From a virus, in IMG/VR virus record IMGVR_UViG_3300025276_000020: a stretch of DNA of 64,000 bases, one strand, 5' to 3'. The notes beneath the pieces are model-generated. The model ran no database searches, was not told the DNA's origin, and worked only from the letters and a program-made list of their open reading frames with translations. This document shows, piece after piece, positions 9,650 to 20,124 of this stretch (its first letter is position 1; the number at the start of each line of letters is the position of its first letter). The position numbers and the translations under genes are program-made.

Positions 9650-11258
9650 TTTATCAGAACGTGGTTATAACGGCAACGTAAATCTAAAACGTAAGGGAAC
9701 TCCTATCGAGTTCACTAACGAGATGGTTGCAGAGTTTTTAAAGTGCGCCAAAGATCCTATATACTTCTCTGAGAAATATATTCAAATTGTACACGTGGAT
9801 CACGGATTGATTCCTATAAAGATGTACGATTATCAAAAAGAAATTGCTGAAGCTATTACTTACAATAGACGGGTCACAGTTAACACCTCAAGACAGGCAG
9901 GTAAAACGACTACCGCTGTTGCTATTATACTACACTACGTACTCTTTAACGACTATAAAACATGTGCGCTTTTAGCAAATAAAGGCGATGCGGCTCGTGA
10001 GATTTTAGACAGAATTAAGATAGCATATGAAGCACTTCCATCTTGGTTACAACAGGGTGTGATTGAATGGAACAAAGGATCAGTTGAATTTGAAAACGGT
10101 TGTAAAATTATTGCAGGAAGTACATCAAGTTCTGCTATTCGAGGTAAGTCTATATCGTTCCTTTATATTGATGAGACGGCATTTGTAGACAACTGGGACG
10201 AGTTCTTTGCTTCTGTGTTTCCGACAATATCATCTGGTAATACAACAAAGATTTTGTTCACGTCTACACCTAACGGACTCAATCATTTCTACAAGACATG
10301 TATGGGCGCTAAAGAAGACCGCAACGGATATGTGTATATCGAAGTGCCTTGGGCAAGAGTTCCTGGACGTGACGAAGCATGGAAGAAAGAGACTCTGCAG
10401 GCAATGGACTTTGACACGCAGAAGTTTTCACAGGAATTTGAGTGTAACTTCTTAGGTAGTTCTGGTACACTAATCGAGGGCAGTAAGTTAAAGTCTTTGG
10501 TAGACGTAAAGCCTATCGCAGAGACGCAACATTTAAAAGTGTACGAACAGCCTATCAAGGACCACGTGTACGTGTGTATAGTAGACGTAGCTAGAGGCAA
10601 AGGTTTAGACTATTCCGCTTTTCAGATTATAGATGTATCGGAAATGCCTTATAACCAAGTATGCGTCTACAGAGACAACACAGTTACCCCAATTGACTAC
10701 GCTGAAATCATATATAGAAGTATACAGAGGTACGGCGAAGCATATACGTTAATTGAAGTGAACGACATCGGAGAGCAAGTTTCCGAAATCTTACACTATG
10801 AATTTGAAGTAGAGACCATGATGTTTACGGAATCTGCTGGAAGATCAGGAAAAAGAATCACTACTGGATTCAGTAAAGGTGCAGATAAAGGAGTTAGAAC
10901 AACTAAGTCTGTTAAAGCGGTAGGATGTAACATGTTAAAGATGTTGATAGAACAGGATCAACTGCGTGTACACGACTTTCAAACAATAAATGAGCTATCG
11001 ACATTCTCTAGGAAAGCAAACTCATACGAGGCTGAATCTGGCTGTCATGACGATCTTGTCATGTGTTTAGTCTTATTTGCCTGGATGACGGATCAAGCGT
11101 TTTTCAAGGAAGTCACAGATATAAATACTATCGATAGACTAAGATCACGGAATGAAGAAGAACTCATGGAAAGCCTTCTGCCAATTGGTTTTAATACGTA
11201 TGATGAGGATGTCATCGAAGAACAGAACATAGGAACAAGACAGTGGCTACAGTACTAA
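9642..11258 (+). CDS. gp17: Terminase large subunit gp17
   Basis: Walker A SRQAGKTT, YIDETAF, STPNGLNHF, RNase H-like DVARG...DYS and HDDLVM. Confidence 0.97.
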   Translation: MSSLSERGYNGNVNLKRKGTPIEFTNEMVAEFLKCAKDPIYFSEKYIQIVHVDHGLIPIKMYDYQKEIAEAITYNRRVTVNTSRQAGKTTTAVAIILHYVLFNDYKTCALLANKGDAAREILDRIKIAYEALPSWLQQGVIEWNKGSVEFENGCKIIAGSTSSSAIRGKSISFLYIDETAFVDNWDEFFASVFPTISSGNTTKILFTSTPNGLNHFYKTCMGAKEDRNGYVYIEVPWARVPGRDEAWKKETLQAMDFDTQKFSQEFECNFLGSSGTLIEGSKLKSLVDVKPIAETQHLKVYEQPIKDHVYVCIVDVARGKGLDYSAFQIIDVSEMPYNQVCVYRDNTVTPIDYAEIIYRSIQRYGEAYTLIEVNDIGEQVSEILHYEFEVETMMFTESAGRSGKRITTGFSKGADKGVRTTKSVKAVGCNMLKMLIEQDQLRVHDFQTINELSTFSRKANSYEAESGCHDDLVMCLVLFAWMTDQAFFKEVTDINTIDRLRSRNEEELMESLLPIGFNTYDEDVIEEQNIGTRQWLQY

Positions 11259-11278
11259 TATAGCTGAGTCGCTGTTTT

Positions 11279-11286
11279 TATAAATA
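11279..11286 (+). promoter_or_regulatory. T4-type late promoter TATAAATA
   Basis: Consensus upstream of gp18. Confidence 0.85.
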
Positions 11287-11337
11287 TAGTAATAATAGAA
11301 GTTTATAACTTACAAAATAAACAAGGAGAAATAAGAG

Positions 11338-13152
11338 ATGGCTTTTCAAACAAGTCCAGGCGTGAATGTCAGCGAAATCGATCTAACAAATATCGTTCCT
11401 GCTGTATCGACAACAGAGGGAGCTATTGCGGGCACCTTTCGTTGGGGTCCTGAAAATATACGCACTCTAGTAACATCTGAATCTGATCTTGCTGATCGTT
11501 TCGGCAAACCGGCCACTTACTACACCAATGCAGCCCTAACTACACAGTGGACAAACCATGAAACTTGGTTTTCAGCCGCAAACTTCTTAGCATACAGTGA
11601 CGCACTATTCGTAGTACGTACATGCGATGGAACAGCCGCTGCCGCTACAAGCACAAACATTAATGCAAAATATAAAGGTCTTTTAGGTAATTCAATTAAA
11701 ATATCTCATTGTACTGATGGAAACTTTGAGCCTGCCACTCGTGCTTATACAATAACTATAGAACCTCAAGCAACTACAGGTTCGATTGCTGCCCTCCCCA
11801 CAAGTGCCGGAGCATCTACATTCTTATCAGCTGGAGACAACATAGTACTTTCAGACGGTACTCTACTAGAAGTCGCTTCATTAGCAACTGCTACTGGATC
11901 TGGATCAAGCTGGACACAAGTAATAACATTTAAGACTGCTTATAATAACCACACTCAGTATGCCGCACAGTTCAAGTCTCAATGGGGCGATGCTGATTTA
12001 TTTGACGCAGGTCCAACAGCTGGTGGAATTCACTTAGTTGTTAGGGATTTTGACGGTAAGATTTCTGGCACAGCTGGAACTATTATCGAGCGATGGGAAA
12101 ATATTAACTGCGTATCTACTGCTAAAAACACAGATGGTTCTACGAACTTCATCGTTGACGTATTAGATCAAGGTTCTAATTGGATTGCAGTATCGGTTGC
12201 TCAGAGTGCGCTTTTAGCGGCTGCAGGTATCACATACGGTTCTGCAACATTAACAAGTGGAGCAGAGGGCGCTGATGAAGTCAACGCTACTCTAGCTACG
12301 GTTGCTCCAGGATATGATTTATTCAAAGATCCTGCTGACGTAGACATCTCTTTGATTCTTCAAGGTAGAGGTATAGGTGTAACTCTTGCTAACTACATCA
12401 TTGCTAATATTTGCGATGTTCGTAAAGATTGCGTATTATTTGTAAGCCCAGAGCAAGATGATGCTACAGCACAGAATATTGTAGATTTTGCTAAAACTGT
12501 AACAGCTACAACATTCGCAGTTATCGATAGTGGATATAAGTATCAGTACGACAAGTACTCTGATGTTTATCGTTGGATTCCTCTCAATGGTGACATTGCA
12601 GGTATCTGTGCTAGAACTGACGATGTTAGAGACCCATGGTTCTCACCTGCTGGATACAACAGAGGTCAAGTTAAGAACGTAGTCAAGCTAAAGCTTAATG
12701 CAACCAAAGCCCAGAGAGATTTACTATATAAGCATAACGTTAACCCAGTAATCACTCAGCCAGGTCAAGGAACAGTATTGTTCGGTGACAAGACTAATGC
12801 CGGAGCGGCATCTGCGTTTGATAGAATTAATGTTCGTAGATTGTTTATTGTACTAGAGAAAGCTATCGGTGTAGCCGCTAAGTCAACTCTATTTGAATTC
12901 AACGATGAGTTCACAAGAGCGCAGTTTAAGAACTTGGTCGAGCCATTCTTGCGGGACGTTCAAGGTAGACGTGGTATATACGACTTTAGGGTTGTAGTTG
13001 ATGCGACTAACAATACAGCCGCAGTAGTTGATGCTAACCAATTTATTGGAGACATCTACATTAAACCAGCACGTTCTATCAACTTCATCCAATTGAACTT
13101 CGTTGCGGTTAGATCGGGCGTAGAGTTCACAGAAGTCGTTGGACAGTTCTAA
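11338..13152 (+). CDS. gp18: Tail sheath protein gp18
   Basis: SPGVNVSEIDLT, PWFSPAGYNRG, FDRINVRRLF, YIKPARSINFI. Confidence 0.97.
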   Translation: MAFQTSPGVNVSEIDLTNIVPAVSTTEGAIAGTFRWGPENIRTLVTSESDLADRFGKPATYYTNAALTTQWTNHETWFSAANFLAYSDALFVVRTCDGTAAAATSTNINAKYKGLLGNSIKISHCTDGNFEPATRAYTITIEPQATTGSIAALPTSAGASTFLSAGDNIVLSDGTLLEVASLATATGSGSSWTQVITFKTAYNNHTQYAAQFKSQWGDADLFDAGPTAGGIHLVVRDFDGKISGTAGTIIERWENINCVSTAKNTDGSTNFIVDVLDQGSNWIAVSVAQSALLAAAGITYGSATLTSGAEGADEVNATLATVAPGYDLFKDPADVDISLILQGRGIGVTLANYIIANICDVRKDCVLFVSPEQDDATAQNIVDFAKTVTATTFAVIDSGYKYQYDKYSDVYRWIPLNGDIAGICARTDDVRDPWFSPAGYNRGQVKNVVKLKLNATKAQRDLLYKHNVNPVITQPGQGTVLFGDKTNAGAASAFDRINVRRLFIVLEKAIGVAAKSTLFEFNDEFTRAQFKNLVEPFLRDVQGRRGIYDFRVVVDATNNTAAVVDANQFIGDIYIKPARSINFIQLNFVAVRSGVEFTEVVGQF

Positions 13153-13181
13153 TAAATACTAATTCAAAGGAGAAATGAATA

Positions 13182-13736
13182 ATGGCTTTCAACATTAACG
13201 AAATCAAAAGCCAATTGACCTTTGGAGGCGCTAAAGCGTCACTATTTCAAGTACAGATTACAAACCCTGTAAATGCAATAGCTGATCTTAAGACTCCCTT
13301 CATGGTTCAAGCGGCAGCAATCCCAGAGAGTACACTGGGAACAATCGAGATCCCGTATTTCGGTCGTAAAGTAAAGGTAGCGGGAGACAGAACATTCGCA
13401 GAATGGACTGTTACTATCATGAACGATGAAGACTTCCTAATTCGCAATGCGATGGAAAACTGGATGGCTTCTATTAACGCTCATGAAGGAAACACACGAC
13501 AGTTAGCAACAGCGGCAAGTAATGAGTATAAGTCACAAGCACAGATCACTCAATACTCTAAAACTGGTGTACCTCTCAGAGTCTACAATTTCAATGGCTT
13601 GTTCCCAACTACAGTTGGCGCAATCACTATGGATTGGAACACTACAGACGATATCGAGAGATTTGACGTGACATTCCAATATGATTGGTGGAACGTTGCA
13701 GGTGGTATTACAGGTACTGGCGGCACTAACGCTTAA
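13182..13736 (+). CDS. gp19: Tail tube protein gp19
   Basis: PYFGRKVKVAGDRTFAEWTVTIMNDEDF. Confidence 0.96.
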   Translation: MAFNINEIKSQLTFGGAKASLFQVQITNPVNAIADLKTPFMVQAAAIPESTLGTIEIPYFGRKVKVAGDRTFAEWTVTIMNDEDFLIRNAMENWMASINAHEGNTRQLATAASNEYKSQAQITQYSKTGVPLRVYNFNGLFPTTVGAITMDWNTTDDIERFDVTFQYDWWNVAGGITGTGGTNA

Positions 13737-13753
13737 TTGAGCAACTAGATTGG

Positions 13754-13776
13754 GGGAGTGTTCATGCACTCCCTTT
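13754..13776 (+). terminator. Probable intrinsic terminator after gp19
   Basis: GGGAGTG-ttcatg-CACTCCC then TTT. Confidence 0.55.
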
Positions 13777-13790
13777 ATAAAGGATAAACT

Positions 13791-15335
13791 ATGGAATTAT
13801 TTGGATTTGAAATAAAGAGAAGAGCAGACGATAACGTTAACATACCTTCGTTTGTTACGCCAGAAGATAATGACGGCGCTGTAAATATTGCCGCAACAGG
13901 CACTGGCATCAGCACATTTTTGGATATGGACGGCACTGCTAAGTCAGAAGCCGAACTTGTACAGAAGTATAGAACAATGCTTCAGCAACCAGAAGTGTCT
14001 CAGGCAGTAGATGATATTGTCAATGAGGCTATCTGTGTATCAACTGACAACAAGGTTGTTGAGTGTATTACAGATGATCTTGATTTAGCTGATAATATTA
14101 AGAAAAAAGTTCGTGAAGAATTTGACACGGTACTTAAGTTACTAGACTTCTCTAATAATGGTTATGAGACTTTTCAGAAGTGGTACGTTGATGGAAGAAT
14201 CAACTATCACATAATGATTGATGTTAAGTCACCAAAGAAGGGCATACAAGAATTAAGGTATATCGACCCACGTAAGATCAGAAAGATACGTGAGTATGAT
14301 AATGCAAAAATTGGCAGTAAAGATAATAATGTTACTGGCAAAAAGGTTAAGAATGAGTATTACATTTACAGCGAGAAAGGTTTTAATAACATCGCTGGTA
14401 ATCAATCTCAACAGTTTAATAATGATGGAACACAGTCTGGGCTAAACGGACTGAAGATTGCAAAAGATTCAATCGTTAACGCAAACTCAGGTATGCTTAA
14501 CGAGAGTAGCACATTAGTGTTATCTCACATGCACAAAGCATATAAGCCGCTCAACCAGCTAAGAATGATGGAAGATGCGGTAGTTATCTATAGAATTTCA
14601 CGTGCTCCAGAAAGACGTATCTTCTATATTGATGTAGGTAATCTGCCTAAAATGAAAGCAGAGCAATATCTACGTGATATGATGACTAAGCATAAGAACA
14701 GATTAGTTTATGATATGGCTACAGGTGACGTTAAAGATGATCGTAGACATATGTCTATGACTGACGATTTCTGGTTACCACGAAGAGAAGGTGGTAGAGG
14801 GACAGAGATTACAACATTACCAGGTGGACAGAACTTGGGCGAACTTGACGATGTATTGTACTTTCAAAAGAGATTGTTTAAAGCTCTTAATGTACCTGCA
14901 TCTAGAATGGAATCAGACGCTGGGTTCTCTTTAGGTAGAGCAAGCGAGATTTCACGTGATGAGATCAAGTTTAGTAAGTTTATATCTAGACTACGTGCAA
15001 GATTTTCTACATTATTCGACAAGCTTTTAGAGAAGCAACTAATACTTAAAGGAGTTATTACTCCGGAAGATTGGCCAAAAATTGCGGCTAACATTAGATA
15101 CGACTTTATGAGCGATAACCATTTTGAAGAATTGAAGACAAGTGAAATTTTGAGAGAGCGACTAGGCATTCTCAGAGACATTGATGATTATACAGGAAAG
15201 TACTACTCGCAAGATTGGGTACGTAAGAATGTTTTGTATATGTCTGAAGATGATATTGAGAGCATGGATAAAGAAATTGAAGACGAAGAAGAAAAAGAGT
15301 CAGAAGAAGGCTCTGATAACAACGAATTTAATTAA
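13791..15335 (+). CDS. gp20: Portal protein gp20
   Basis: YRISRAPERRIFYIDVGNLPK, WLPRREGGRGTEITTLPGGQNLG. Confidence 0.97.
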   Translation: MELFGFEIKRRADDNVNIPSFVTPEDNDGAVNIAATGTGISTFLDMDGTAKSEAELVQKYRTMLQQPEVSQAVDDIVNEAICVSTDNKVVECITDDLDLADNIKKKVREEFDTVLKLLDFSNNGYETFQKWYVDGRINYHIMIDVKSPKKGIQELRYIDPRKIRKIREYDNAKIGSKDNNVTGKKVKNEYYIYSEKGFNNIAGNQSQQFNNDGTQSGLNGLKIAKDSIVNANSGMLNESSTLVLSHMHKAYKPLNQLRMMEDAVVIYRISRAPERRIFYIDVGNLPKMKAEQYLRDMMTKHKNRLVYDMATGDVKDDRRHMSMTDDFWLPRREGGRGTEITTLPGGQNLGELDDVLYFQKRLFKALNVPASRMESDAGFSLGRASEISRDEIKFSKFISRLRARFSTLFDKLLEKQLILKGVITPEDWPKIAANIRYDFMSDNHFEELKTSEILRERLGILRDIDDYTGKYYSQDWVRKNVLYMSEDDIESMDKEIEDEEEKESEEGSDNNEFN

Positions 15336-15358
15336 TCCAAGCACTAGTTGTAATAAAA

Positions 15359-15366
15359 TATAAATA
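15359..15366 (+). promoter_or_regulatory. T4-type late promoter TATAAATA
   Basis: Consensus upstream of the prohead core genes. Confidence 0.8.
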
Positions 15367-15391
15367 AGATTATAGAATATAGGAGATAGTA

Positions 15392-15565
15392 ATGAGCGTT
15401 AAAGAATTGATTAAGACAGCGATGAACAAGGATGCTACAGAATTCGAATCCAAGTTCAACGACATTATGGCAGATAAAATGACATCTGCTATCGAAAACA
15501 AATATACTGACATGTTTCAGCCTGAAGCGGCTGAAAACATCGAAGTCGCAACAGACGAAGAGTAA
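15392..15565 (+). CDS. Small prohead core protein, gp67-like (57 aa, not in ORF track)
   Basis: MSVKELIKTAMNKDATEFESKFNDIMADKMTSAIENKY...; AGGAG SD; syntenic position after the portal; acidic tail. Confidence 0.7.
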   Translation: MSVKELIKTAMNKDATEFESKFNDIMADKMTSAIENKYTDMFQPEAAENIEVATDEE

Positions 15566-15574
15566 GGGGCCAAC

Positions 15575-16177
15575 ATGAAAAGCTTTAAGGATATGTTCTC
15601 AGAAGCCAAAGTCGCTAAGGGAGTGAACGATGGATCTAAGGAATCTGGCATAACAAAAGCCAAGTCCGAAGATGAACAGAATTTCGTAAACAAGCATATT
15701 GCAACTAAGCAAGATCATCCCGTTGCACCAGATGACCAGTTCTCTGGAGAAATCAAAGGTAAGAAGCGTAAGCCTCGTATTGCTGATGTATCTAAAGAAG
15801 ACGGCGAAAAGATGTATGAGATGACTGATGCTCAAAAGCTGAAGCGTGATGAAATCGTATCTTCTATGACATCTAAGTTTACTGCTGTAACCGAGTCTGA
15901 GGAAGTAGTTGAAGGAGTTGATGAAATCGAAGAGGAATCTGAAGAGATTTCTGAAGACGTAGTAGCCGACTTACAAGATATCGTGAAGTCAAAGTCTATT
16001 AAGTCTATTAAATTTAAAGACGGTAAGAAGCAGAAAGTCGATCTAACTACAGCATCTATGGTACTCTCCATGCACAAAGCGTTAAATACGCAGAATAAAA
16101 AGAAAGTCGAGTCTATGCTGAACGACAGTAAAAAGTTCATGCAGATCGTACAATTCGCTATGCGGGCGGGCAAGTAG
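15575..16177 (+). CDS. Prohead core/internal protein (gp68 position)
   Basis: Between portal and protease; MKSFKDMFSE N-terminus; Glu-rich linkers. Confidence 0.55.
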   Translation: MKSFKDMFSEAKVAKGVNDGSKESGITKAKSEDEQNFVNKHIATKQDHPVAPDDQFSGEIKGKKRKPRIADVSKEDGEKMYEMTDAQKLKRDEIVSSMTSKFTAVTESEEVVEGVDEIEEESEEISEDVVADLQDIVKSKSIKSIKFKDGKKQKVDLTTASMVLSMHKALNTQNKKKVESMLNDSKKFMQIVQFAMRAGK

Positions 16178-16468
16178 ATGGCACAAGAAATTAAAGGCAC
16201 AGGAGTACTAGTATCTTTGGCAGGAGCCGCTACTAGTGCGGCAAACCATTCGGGAACCACAGCTAGTAGAGTTAGAATTTGTAACGAACTCGCTAGTGGT
16301 TTTAATACAATTGTTATTAATGCTGTTGCCGCAACCGCTGACCGTGAAGCCGGAGTAAGCTATAGTTTTAAAATGCATCCAGCCGAATCTGTAATTATCG
16401 AGAAGCAGGTTGGTCAAACTATCACACCCACTGGCGCTATCTCGTACACACCAGTTGCTTATACGTAA
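16178..16468 (+). CDS. Hypothetical head-module protein
   Basis: 96-aa ORF abutting both neighbours. Confidence 0.55.
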   Translation: MAQEIKGTGVLVSLAGAATSAANHSGTTASRVRICNELASGFNTIVINAVAATADREAGVSYSFKMHPAESVIIEKQVGQTITPTGAISYTPVAYT

Positions 16469-16477
16469 GGAGCATAT

Positions 16478-17173
16478 ATGTCACTATTAATTAAAGAGTT
16501 AGTCGAAGACGTTCAGTATATCCAAGAAGATATACTTGACGAAGAGGGTAACAAAAAAGGTAAAAACTACTTTATCGAAGGTATCATCATGCAGGGTGAT
16601 ATCAAAAACAGAAATGGACGTATGTACCCTGTATCCGTTTTAGAAAAAGAAATGAAAAGGTACAATGAAAATTACGTAGCTAAGAATAGAGCTTACGGTG
16701 AACTAGGACATCCTGCAGGACCAACAATCAATTTGGACCGTGTATCTCACATGTTCACTGAACTAAAAAGAGATGGATCCAATATTGTAGGTCGAGCAAA
16801 GATCATGGAAACTCCCATGGGTAGTATCGTTAAAAATATTATCAATGAGGGAGGTCTCGTAGGGATCTCTTCTCGTGGCATGGGGTCAATTAAACAGAAC
16901 AAGAACGGCATTATGGAAGTTCAGGACGATTTCATGCTTGCAACAGCAGGCGATATCGTAGCTGATCCATCGGCTCCAGACGCATTTGTAAAAGGTGTTA
17001 TGGAAGGCGTTGATTGGATATATGATGTTGCATCTTCTTCATGGGCAATGGCTAATACCTTTGACGAAATTGAAGAAGAGATTAAAGAGATCGCTAAGGT
17101 CTCTACAAGAGAGTTAGAAGTTAAGGCTGCGGCTCTATTTGAAAAATTTGTAAGTTCATTGTCAAAAACATGA
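16478..17173 (+). CDS. gp21: Prohead protease gp21
   Basis: KNRNGRMYP, GELGHP, GISSRGMGS, DIVADPSAPDAFV. Confidence 0.96.
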   Translation: MSLLIKELVEDVQYIQEDILDEEGNKKGKNYFIEGIIMQGDIKNRNGRMYPVSVLEKEMKRYNENYVAKNRAYGELGHPAGPTINLDRVSHMFTELKRDGSNIVGRAKIMETPMGSIVKNIINEGGLVGISSRGMGSIKQNKNGIMEVQDDFMLATAGDIVADPSAPDAFVKGVMEGVDWIYDVASSSWAMANTFDEIEEEIKEIAKVSTRELEVKAAALFEKFVSSLSKT

Positions 17174-17177
17174 ATAA

Positions 17178-17185
17178 TATAAATA
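17178..17185 (+). promoter_or_regulatory. T4-type late promoter TATAAATA
   Basis: Consensus upstream of gp22. Confidence 0.8.
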
Positions 17186-17218
17186 AAAGAACAAACCTAC
17201 TATTAAAGGAGAAACCAA

Positions 17219-18142
17219 ATGAGTGAAGAACTAGAGATGAATCTAGATTTAGACGAAGCGAAAGCAACGGGTGAAGACTCGAATTCTGCTGATGCAGTCT
17301 CAGGTACCGGAGGCGCTGTCAAAAAGCGTAAAGGCGACCTGAAAAAGAAAGCAGACGCTAAGGCTGATAACATCGAAGATGATGTTAAAACCCCACAGGG
17401 CACAAATGACGCAGGCTTGAAAGAGTCTATCGAGCGTATGTTTGAAGGCACTGATCTGTCTGAAGATTTTAAAACACAAACAGTAGCAATCTTCGAAGCC
17501 GCTGTACACGAAAAGGTGTTAGCCGAAACAGCTACACTAGAAGAAAAGTTTGAGAGTGATCTTCAGGAGCAAGTTGATGCTACTGTTGACGAGTTGGTAG
17601 AAAAAGTTGATCAATATCTAGACTACGTTGTAGAAAGCTGGATGGATGACAACAAGGTTCAAATCGAAAGCAACGTAAAAGTTGAAGTCGCTGAGTCACT
17701 ACTGTCTGGTATCAAGGGTCTTGTAACTGAGCATAACATGGAAATCAATGAAGAGCAAGTCGATATCGTTTCTGATTTAGAAGGAAAACTCGAAGAGTCT
17801 ACTACTAAATACAACGAGATTGTCGAGCAAATGATTGAAGTTCGTGAAGCAAAGCAAAAGGCTGATCTTGAAATTGCATTCAAAACTATTTCTGAGGACT
17901 TAACTGACACCCAAGTTGAAAAATTGCGTGTTCTCTCAGAAGGCGTGTCTTACGAATCAACTGATGAGTATAGCACTAAAGTCGAGGCTATTAAAGCCAA
18001 CTACTTTATTGAGTCTGCACCTGTTGTCGAAGATGAAAGTGATCTTCTTCAGGAAGAAGTTGCGGAAGAAGCAAAGCCAGCTGCCATTGATCCAATGATT
18101 GCTCGTTACGCTGATTCGCTTTCCCGTTCTAACGCACAATAA
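17219..18142 (+). CDS. gp22: Prohead scaffold protein gp22
   Basis: LSEDFK...IFEAAV, VDQYLDYVVESW; acidic coiled coil. Confidence 0.93.
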   Translation: MSEELEMNLDLDEAKATGEDSNSADAVSGTGGAVKKRKGDLKKKADAKADNIEDDVKTPQGTNDAGLKESIERMFEGTDLSEDFKTQTVAIFEAAVHEKVLAETATLEEKFESDLQEQVDATVDELVEKVDQYLDYVVESWMDDNKVQIESNVKVEVAESLLSGIKGLVTEHNMEINEEQVDIVSDLEGKLEESTTKYNEIVEQMIEVREAKQKADLEIAFKTISEDLTDTQVEKLRVLSEGVSYESTDEYSTKVEAIKANYFIESAPVVEDESDLLQEEVAEEAKPAAIDPMIARYADSLSRSNAQ

Positions 18143-18147
18143 ATTTT

Positions 18148-18155
18148 TATAAATA
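18148..18155 (+). promoter_or_regulatory. T4-type late promoter TATAAATA
   Basis: Consensus upstream of gp23. Confidence 0.85.
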
Positions 18156-18188
18156 ACACTAAGTAAAATCTCAAAAAGGAGAACCACA

Positions 18189-19454
18189 ATGAGAAATGAA
18201 GAACTAATGAACAAGTGGAAGCCAATCTTAGAGCATACTGCTCTTCCCGGCATCCAAAACTCTCACAGAGCGGCAGTCACTGCTACTTTGCTAGAGAACA
18301 CAGAAACAGCAATGGCACAAGGCGAGATTATGGCGCCTACATCATTGTTAGAAGCCGCACCAGCTAACTCAACTGCTGATATGGCTAAGTATGATCCCGT
18401 ACTGATCTCTCTAGTACGCCGTGCAATGCCAAACTTGGTAGCATATGATATCGCTGGCGTTCAGCCAATGACTGGTCCTACAGGACTTATCTTTGCAATG
18501 CGCTCTAAGTACGAAGACACAGGCGGTAAGCCAGAAGCGTTTTACAGTGAAGCTGATACCGATTACTCTGGTACTGGAACTCATGCTAACGCATTGGGTG
18601 CTGGCTCAGAAACAACTGGTACTGGACTTGCTACTGCTGACGCAGAAGCTCTTGGTGATGGATCGGCTGCTGAGTTCGCTCAAATGTCTTTCGCTATCGA
18701 GAAAGTATCTGTAACTGCTAAGTCACGTGCTTTGAAAGCAGAGTACACAAGTGAACTTGCTCAAGACCTTAAAGCTATCCACGGATTGGATGCTGAGACT
18801 GAGCTTGCTAACATGTTGTCTGCTGAATTGCTTGCTGAAATTAACCGTGAAGTAATTCGTACGGTATACATGACAGCTAAAGCTGGTTCACAAGGCGGAG
18901 TTGCTACTAACGGTACTTTCAACTTAGACGTTGATGCAAATGGTCGTTGGTCAGTAGAGAAGTTTAAAGGCTTAATGTTCCAAATCGAAAAAGAAGCTAA
19001 CCAAATTGCTAAAGACACCCGTCGAGGCAAAGGTAACTTGATCGTATGTTCATCTGATGTTGCATCTGCACTTCAAATGGCTGGCGTTCTAGACTATGCT
19101 CCTGCTTTGAATAGCAACAACTTGCAACCAGATGACACAGGCAATACATTTGCTGGTGTTCTTAACGGTCGCTTTAAAGTATACATCGATCCATATGCCG
19201 GCGCTAACTACATGGTAGTTGGTTATAAGGGTTCTAGCACATTCGATGCTGGTCTCTTCTATTGCCCATACGTGCCATTACAAATGGTTCGTGCAGTTGG
19301 TGAGAATAGCTTCCAGTCGAAGCTTGGCTTCAAGACTCGTTACGGTATGGTATCAAACCCATTCGCTGACGGATCTGCGGCTACTACACAGGGTGCTCTT
19401 ACTGCTAACACTAACGTCTACTACAGACGTACAGCAGTTACCAACTTGCTATAA
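18189..19454 (+). CDS. gp23: Major capsid protein gp23
   Basis: GVQPMTGPTGLIFAMR, ELAQDLKAIHGLDAE, FYCPYVPLQM, GFKTRYG; probable maturation site LLE/A. Confidence 0.98.
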   Translation: MRNEELMNKWKPILEHTALPGIQNSHRAAVTATLLENTETAMAQGEIMAPTSLLEAAPANSTADMAKYDPVLISLVRRAMPNLVAYDIAGVQPMTGPTGLIFAMRSKYEDTGGKPEAFYSEADTDYSGTGTHANALGAGSETTGTGLATADAEALGDGSAAEFAQMSFAIEKVSVTAKSRALKAEYTSELAQDLKAIHGLDAETELANMLSAELLAEINREVIRTVYMTAKAGSQGGVATNGTFNLDVDANGRWSVEKFKGLMFQIEKEANQIAKDTRRGKGNLIVCSSDVASALQMAGVLDYAPALNSNNLQPDDTGNTFAGVLNGRFKVYIDPYAGANYMVVGYKGSSTFDAGLFYCPYVPLQMVRAVGENSFQSKLGFKTRYGMVSNPFADGSAATTQGALTANTNVYYRRTAVTNLL

Positions 19455-19485
19455 AAATAAGATTGGGGTCAACCCAACCTACTTT

Positions 19486-19514
19486 AAAGAGGCTCTTCGG
19501 AGCCTCTTTTTTTT
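19486..19514 (+). terminator. Intrinsic terminator with C(UUCG)G tetraloop after gp23
   Basis: AAAGAGGCTC-TTCG-GAGCCTCTTT followed by T run. Confidence 0.92.
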
Positions 19515-19519
19515 GTCTG

Positions 19520-19527
19520 TATAAATA
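19520..19527 (+). promoter_or_regulatory. T4-type late promoter TATAAATA
   Basis: Consensus upstream of gp3. Confidence 0.8.
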
Positions 19528-19551
19528 GTACATATAACTGGAGAAGACAAC

Positions 19552-20076
19552 ATGGCAACAAACAACTTCTTATCAAACGTAGAGTTTAGGTTCATACTTG
19601 AGAGACTGCCTAACGTAGAGTTTTATGTACAGCAGATAAACATACCTGGAGTAAACTCAGGATACGCAGAGAGAATGACCCCGTTTAAGTCAATCTACAC
19701 ACCTGGTGATACACTAGTGTATGAAGACTTAGCAATGACTATCATAGCAGACGAAAACATGCTATCGTTTAAAGAATCCTTAGATTGGTTAGAGGCTATT
19801 ACTCGACCAGAAAGTTTTACTGGATATGCGGCTTTGAACTCGCCTCAAGTTGCGGGTGCGGCAGGATCTGTTAATCCAAAAGGAACAGGTGTAACATCAT
19901 CTGGCTCCATCATTATAATGGATAGCAATAAGAACCCTAATCTTAGACTAACGTTCAAAGAGATGTTCCCAGTTGCCGTTGGTGGAATACAGCTAAATAC
20001 TACTGAAGCTGATATCAATCCACCTACTTTTGATGTTACATTTAAATACAGTGATTACACTATAGAAATACTGTAA
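19552..20076 (+). CDS. gp3: Tail completion/tube terminator gp3
   Basis: NFLS...F, NIPGV, PGDTLVYEDL, FKEMFPVAVGG; synteny after gp23. Confidence 0.82.
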   Translation: MATNNFLSNVEFRFILERLPNVEFYVQQINIPGVNSGYAERMTPFKSIYTPGDTLVYEDLAMTIIADENMLSFKESLDWLEAITRPESFTGYAALNSPQVAGAAGSVNPKGTGVTSSGSIIIMDSNKNPNLRLTFKEMFPVAVGGIQLNTTEADINPPTFDVTFKYSDYTIEIL

Positions 20077-20124
20077 GCTTGAAAACTCGTGCATTAGCAC
20101 TTGTATTAATTATGGAGATTATGA